DNA of 64,000 nucleotides from Planctomycetota bacterium (GTDB taxonomy: Bacteria > Planctomycetota > UBA8108 > SXIK01). The notes beneath the pieces were generated by a model that ran no database searches, was not told the origin of the DNA, and worked only from the letters and a program-made list of their open reading frames with translations. Positions 61,157 to 64,000 of this stretch are shown here, piece after piece (position 1 is the first letter of the stretch; every line of letters begins with the position of its first letter). Made by a program: the position numbers and the translations under genes. Location: the NCBI GenBank assembly GCA_965223845.1, contig CBDCXR010000004.1:5408001-5472000 (forward strand), written 5' to 3'.

Positions 61157-64000
61157 ATGCGCCGAGTCGGAGTCCCTCGCCGAAGCAGCTTGGGCAGAGC
61201 TGTGGCCGTATTCGTGGCGCTCGCGGGCACGACCGCGGAGGCTCAGATCTTCGCGCCGAATCCCGCGCTCACGTTCTCGGCCGAGCTCGAAGTCGTCGAG
61301 ACCGATCAGCGATCGGAATTCAACGCGAACCCGGACGGGGGCACGGAGGCTACGGACGGAAAGACGAACTTCGCGCTCGCGACAAACGGCGGCGTCGGGT
61401 TCGAGTCGACTCGCATCTCGGAGACGTACGGCGACGACAAGATCAACAACGGTTCCTACGGGGCCGGCTTTCCGGACGTCGATGACGAGACGCGCCCTTG
61501 GATCAACGCCGACGCCGACTCGCCGGGATTCGTCGGCGTTCTGCTTCCCGAGGCCTTCGATATCAATGCGATCGGATTCGGGAGTCGCTTCACGTCTCGT
61601 TCCGACGGCACGTTTACGCTCGAGGTCACGTCGGATCCGTTCGACGGGCTCGACCTCGAGAATCCGGCGGACACGAACTCCGTCGCCTGGCAATTCGTCG
61701 GTGAGCTCGAATCGACCACTGGAGCTGAATTCGGGCGTCATCTCGTCGTATTCGAACCGGTCGAGGGGGTCACCGCCGTGCGCATCGTGGTGTCTCAGGG
61801 CGGGACGACCGTCACGGAGATCGAGGCCTACGAAGGAATCGACTTTCGCCCTCCCCCGCCGCCCGACCCCGATCCACCGGCCGCGCCGACCGCGTACACG
61901 GGCGCCGTGCTCGAGGACAACCCGGTTCACTACTATCGCTTCGAGGAAACTCACACCCAGCAGCCGGCGAAGGACGAGGGCACGGGCGAAGAGCGCCACG
62001 GCGCGTATCTCGGAGGTGTCGCGGCCGGCAAGCCTAGCGGCTTCGTCGACCTCGGCTTCGCGGCGGAGTTCGACGGTAATGCGGGCTCACTCGTCGACCT
62101 CGGCGCGCCGTTTCATCTCGGCGCGTCGGCCACGATCGAGGCCTGGGTACTCCTCGACCCCACCGCGCCCGCGGCGTTCCATCCGATCGTCGCGCGCTGG
62201 GACGGAAGCTACGAGCTCGACGTGAACGAGGGAACCGGGCGTGCGAACTTCGTCACCCGAAACACGGCAAACGAGTTCGCGCTCGCCGAGAGCCTCGACG
62301 CGTTCACGAAAGGTGAGTGGCACCACCTCGTCGGCATTTTCGACGAGGGGATGACGACGGTCTACGTCGACGGTGTTCAGGGCTCGATCATCGATACGTC
62401 CGCCTCGGGCATCGACCTCCAAGATTCCGGCCCGACGCTCTTCATCGGCGCTACGCGCGACGGAACTGCGTTTGTTTGGAAGGGTCTCATCGACGAAGTC
62501 GCACTCTACGACTACGCCCTCAGCGAAGAGCAGATCGCGCGACACATCGCGGTCGCGCGCGGTGGCTGCGAAGAGGTCGCCGATCGCGTCTCGATCAGCG
62601 GGGATTCGCTCGCGACCACGACGGACGCGGTGGACTTGTCGGCTTCGTTCAGCGGCGCCGAACCCGGCGCGGTGGTCGAGTACGAGTGGAGCGTCGACTC
62701 CGGACCCGGAATGCTCGAATCGACCGATGGCGAATCGACTCGCGTGAGTGCGACCGCCGCGGGCGACGTCGTCGTCCGCGTTCGCGCGAACGACGGAGTG
62801 TGCGCGACCTTCGTCGAAGCGACTCACAGCATCCGTTTTCTCGGCGCCGGCGATCCTCCCGCGGAGCCGACCGCGTACACCGAAGCGGTCTTAGCGGATT
62901 CGCCGGTCCACTACTACCGCTTCGAGGAGTTGGACGCGGCCCAATTCGCAAAGGACGAGATCGGAGAGAGCGAGCTGGGCGATCATCCCGGGATCTACGA
63001 AGGAGATGCGACCGTCGGCGAACCGAGTTTTTCGCCCTTACTCGGGAACGCGTGTCGATTCAGCGGCACTCCCGGCACCCTCGTCAACCTCGGCTCGCCG
63101 TTCCACCTCGGCTCGACGGTGAGCGTCGAAGCGTGGGTCTGGCTGGATCCAGCGGCAGCATCGGCGTTTCATCCCATCGCCGCACGCTGGGACGGAAGCT
63201 ACGAGCTCGACTTCAACGAGGGCACCGGCAACGCGAACTTCGTCACCCGAAACTCGGGAAACGAGTTCGCTCTCGCCGAGAGTTTGTCTCCGTTCACGAA
63301 GGGCGAATGGCATCACGTAGTCGGGATCTTCGACGAAGGAATCTCGACCGTTTACATAGACGGGATGCAAGGGACCGAGGTCGACACTTCCGCAACGGGA
63401 TTCGATCTGCAAGATCGCGGCGGTACGCTTCTCATCGGCTCGACTCGCGACGGATCGACCTTTCTTTGGACCGGCCTCATCGACGAAGTCGCGTTCTACG
63501 ACTACGCCCTGTCCGAGGATCAAATCCTCGGACACATCGCCGCCTCCGGGACGCACTGCGACGAGGACGTCGATTCCGTCGCGATCGACGGCGCGGAGCT
63601 CGCGTTCACGGGCGAGCCCCTCGAGCTCACCGCCGAGTTCTCTGGAGCCGACCCGGGCGGTGAGGTCGTCTACGAATGGTCGATCGTAAGCGGTCCGGCC
63701 GACGTGGAGGCGGGAGCCGGTGTCGCAGCGACGCTGACGTGCTCCGGCGCCGGCGACGTCGTCGTTCGCGTCGATGCCGACGACGGCGCCTGCGAGGAAA
63801 ACGGCGGCGCGACGGCGATCCGGGAGATTTGCTGCGAATCGCGCGACGTCCTCACGATCGACGGTCCGACCGCTGCTCCGCTCGACGCGGAGGTGCTGCT
63901 CACCGCGCAGTTCGAGGGCATCGACGGTGAAGCACCCAGCTACGAATGGACTCTCGTGAGCGGTGTAACGTCGTTCGAGGATCTCGGTGGAGGATCCCTC
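61157..64000 (+). CDS. Secreted paralog of 59351: discoidin-like, LamG, Ig, LamG, Ig, Ig...; runs off the window
   Basis: Not in the ORF track (no stop). GGAGA RBS plus ATG 61157; MRRVGVP..TAEA/QIFAPNPALTFSAEL; two LamG copies with ARWDGSYE and FTKGEWHH; Cys-flanked YEWS Ig repeats; frame open to 64000. Confidence 0.85.
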   Translation, partial: MRRVGVPRRSSLGRAVAVFVALAGTTAEAQIFAPNPALTFSAELEVVETDQRSEFNANPDGGTEATDGKTNFALATNGGVGFESTRISETYGDDKINNGSYGAGFPDVDDETRPWINADADSPGFVGVLLPEAFDINAIGFGSRFTSRSDGTFTLEVTSDPFDGLDLENPADTNSVAWQFVGELESTTGAEFGRHLVVFEPVEGVTAVRIVVSQGGTTVTEIEAYEGIDFRPPPPPDPDPPAAPTAYTGAVLEDNPVHYYRFEETHTQQPAKDEGTGEERHGAYLGGVAAGKPSGFVDLGFAAEFDGNAGSLVDLGAPFHLGASATIEAWVLLDPTAPAAFHPIVARWDGSYELDVNEGTGRANFVTRNTANEFALAESLDAFTKGEWHHLVGIFDEGMTTVYVDGVQGSIIDTSASGIDLQDSGPTLFIGATRDGTAFVWKGLIDEVALYDYALSEEQIARHIAVARGGCEEVADRVSISGDSLATTTDAVDLSASFSGAEPGAVVEYEWSVDSGPGMLESTDGESTRVSATAAGDVVVRVRANDGVCATFVEATHSIRFLGAGDPPAEPTAYTEAVLADSPVHYYRFEELDAAQFAKDEIGESELGDHPGIYEGDATVGEPSFSPLLGNACRFSGTPGTLVNLGSPFHLGSTVSVEAWVWLDPAAASAFHPIAARWDGSYELDFNEGTGNANFVTRNSGNEFALAESLSPFTKGEWHHVVGIFDEGISTVYIDGMQGTEVDTSATGFDLQDRGGTLLIGSTRDGSTFLWTGLIDEVAFYDYALSEDQILGHIAASGTHCDEDVDSVAIDGAELAFTGEPLELTAEFSGADPGGEVVYEWSIVSGPADVEAGAGVAATLTCSGAGDVVVRVDADDGACEENGGATAIREICCESRDVLTIDGPTAAPLDAEVLLTAQFEGIDGEAPSYEWTLVSGVTSFEDLGGGSL

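Overview
High-GC bacterial window, most likely Planctomycetota: it has a PSD1/DUF1553 + DUF1501 pair, an ECF sigma + Ser/Thr kinase pair and Cys-rich dockerin-like C-termini. About 28 protein-coding genes were identified. No rRNA, tRNA, CRISPR array or transposase was seen. The dominant theme is a set of large, acidic, exported modular proteins. Four are CotH-family (atypical) kinases with signal peptides, and six carry C-terminal dockerin-like tags that fall into two sequence subtypes. An unrecognised ~260-290 aa domain (invariant GPFDDSxNxRN, HAHR, DxNGGD and four Cys) occurs four times in 5.9-21.4 kb: membrane-anchored stand-alone, in tandem, and fused to a CotH kinase. This cluster is the best candidate for an undescribed system, namely a cell-surface, dockerin-assembled kinase/ligand-binding complex. 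Other genes include CYTH-CHAD, an outward-facing Cys-phosphatase, sulfatase-LamG, glnS, 1-Cys peroxiredoxin divergent from a NosP(FIST)/hybrid kinase pair, a GT-C-like glycosyltransferase, an SDR, an SSS symporter and an amidohydrolase. Non-coding features are three full and one partial inverted-repeat elements built from CGAAG units, a 32-bp repeated hairpin, two AT-rich 25-bp boxes and two bidirectional terminators. All domain calls come from motif recognition by eye; no database searches were run.
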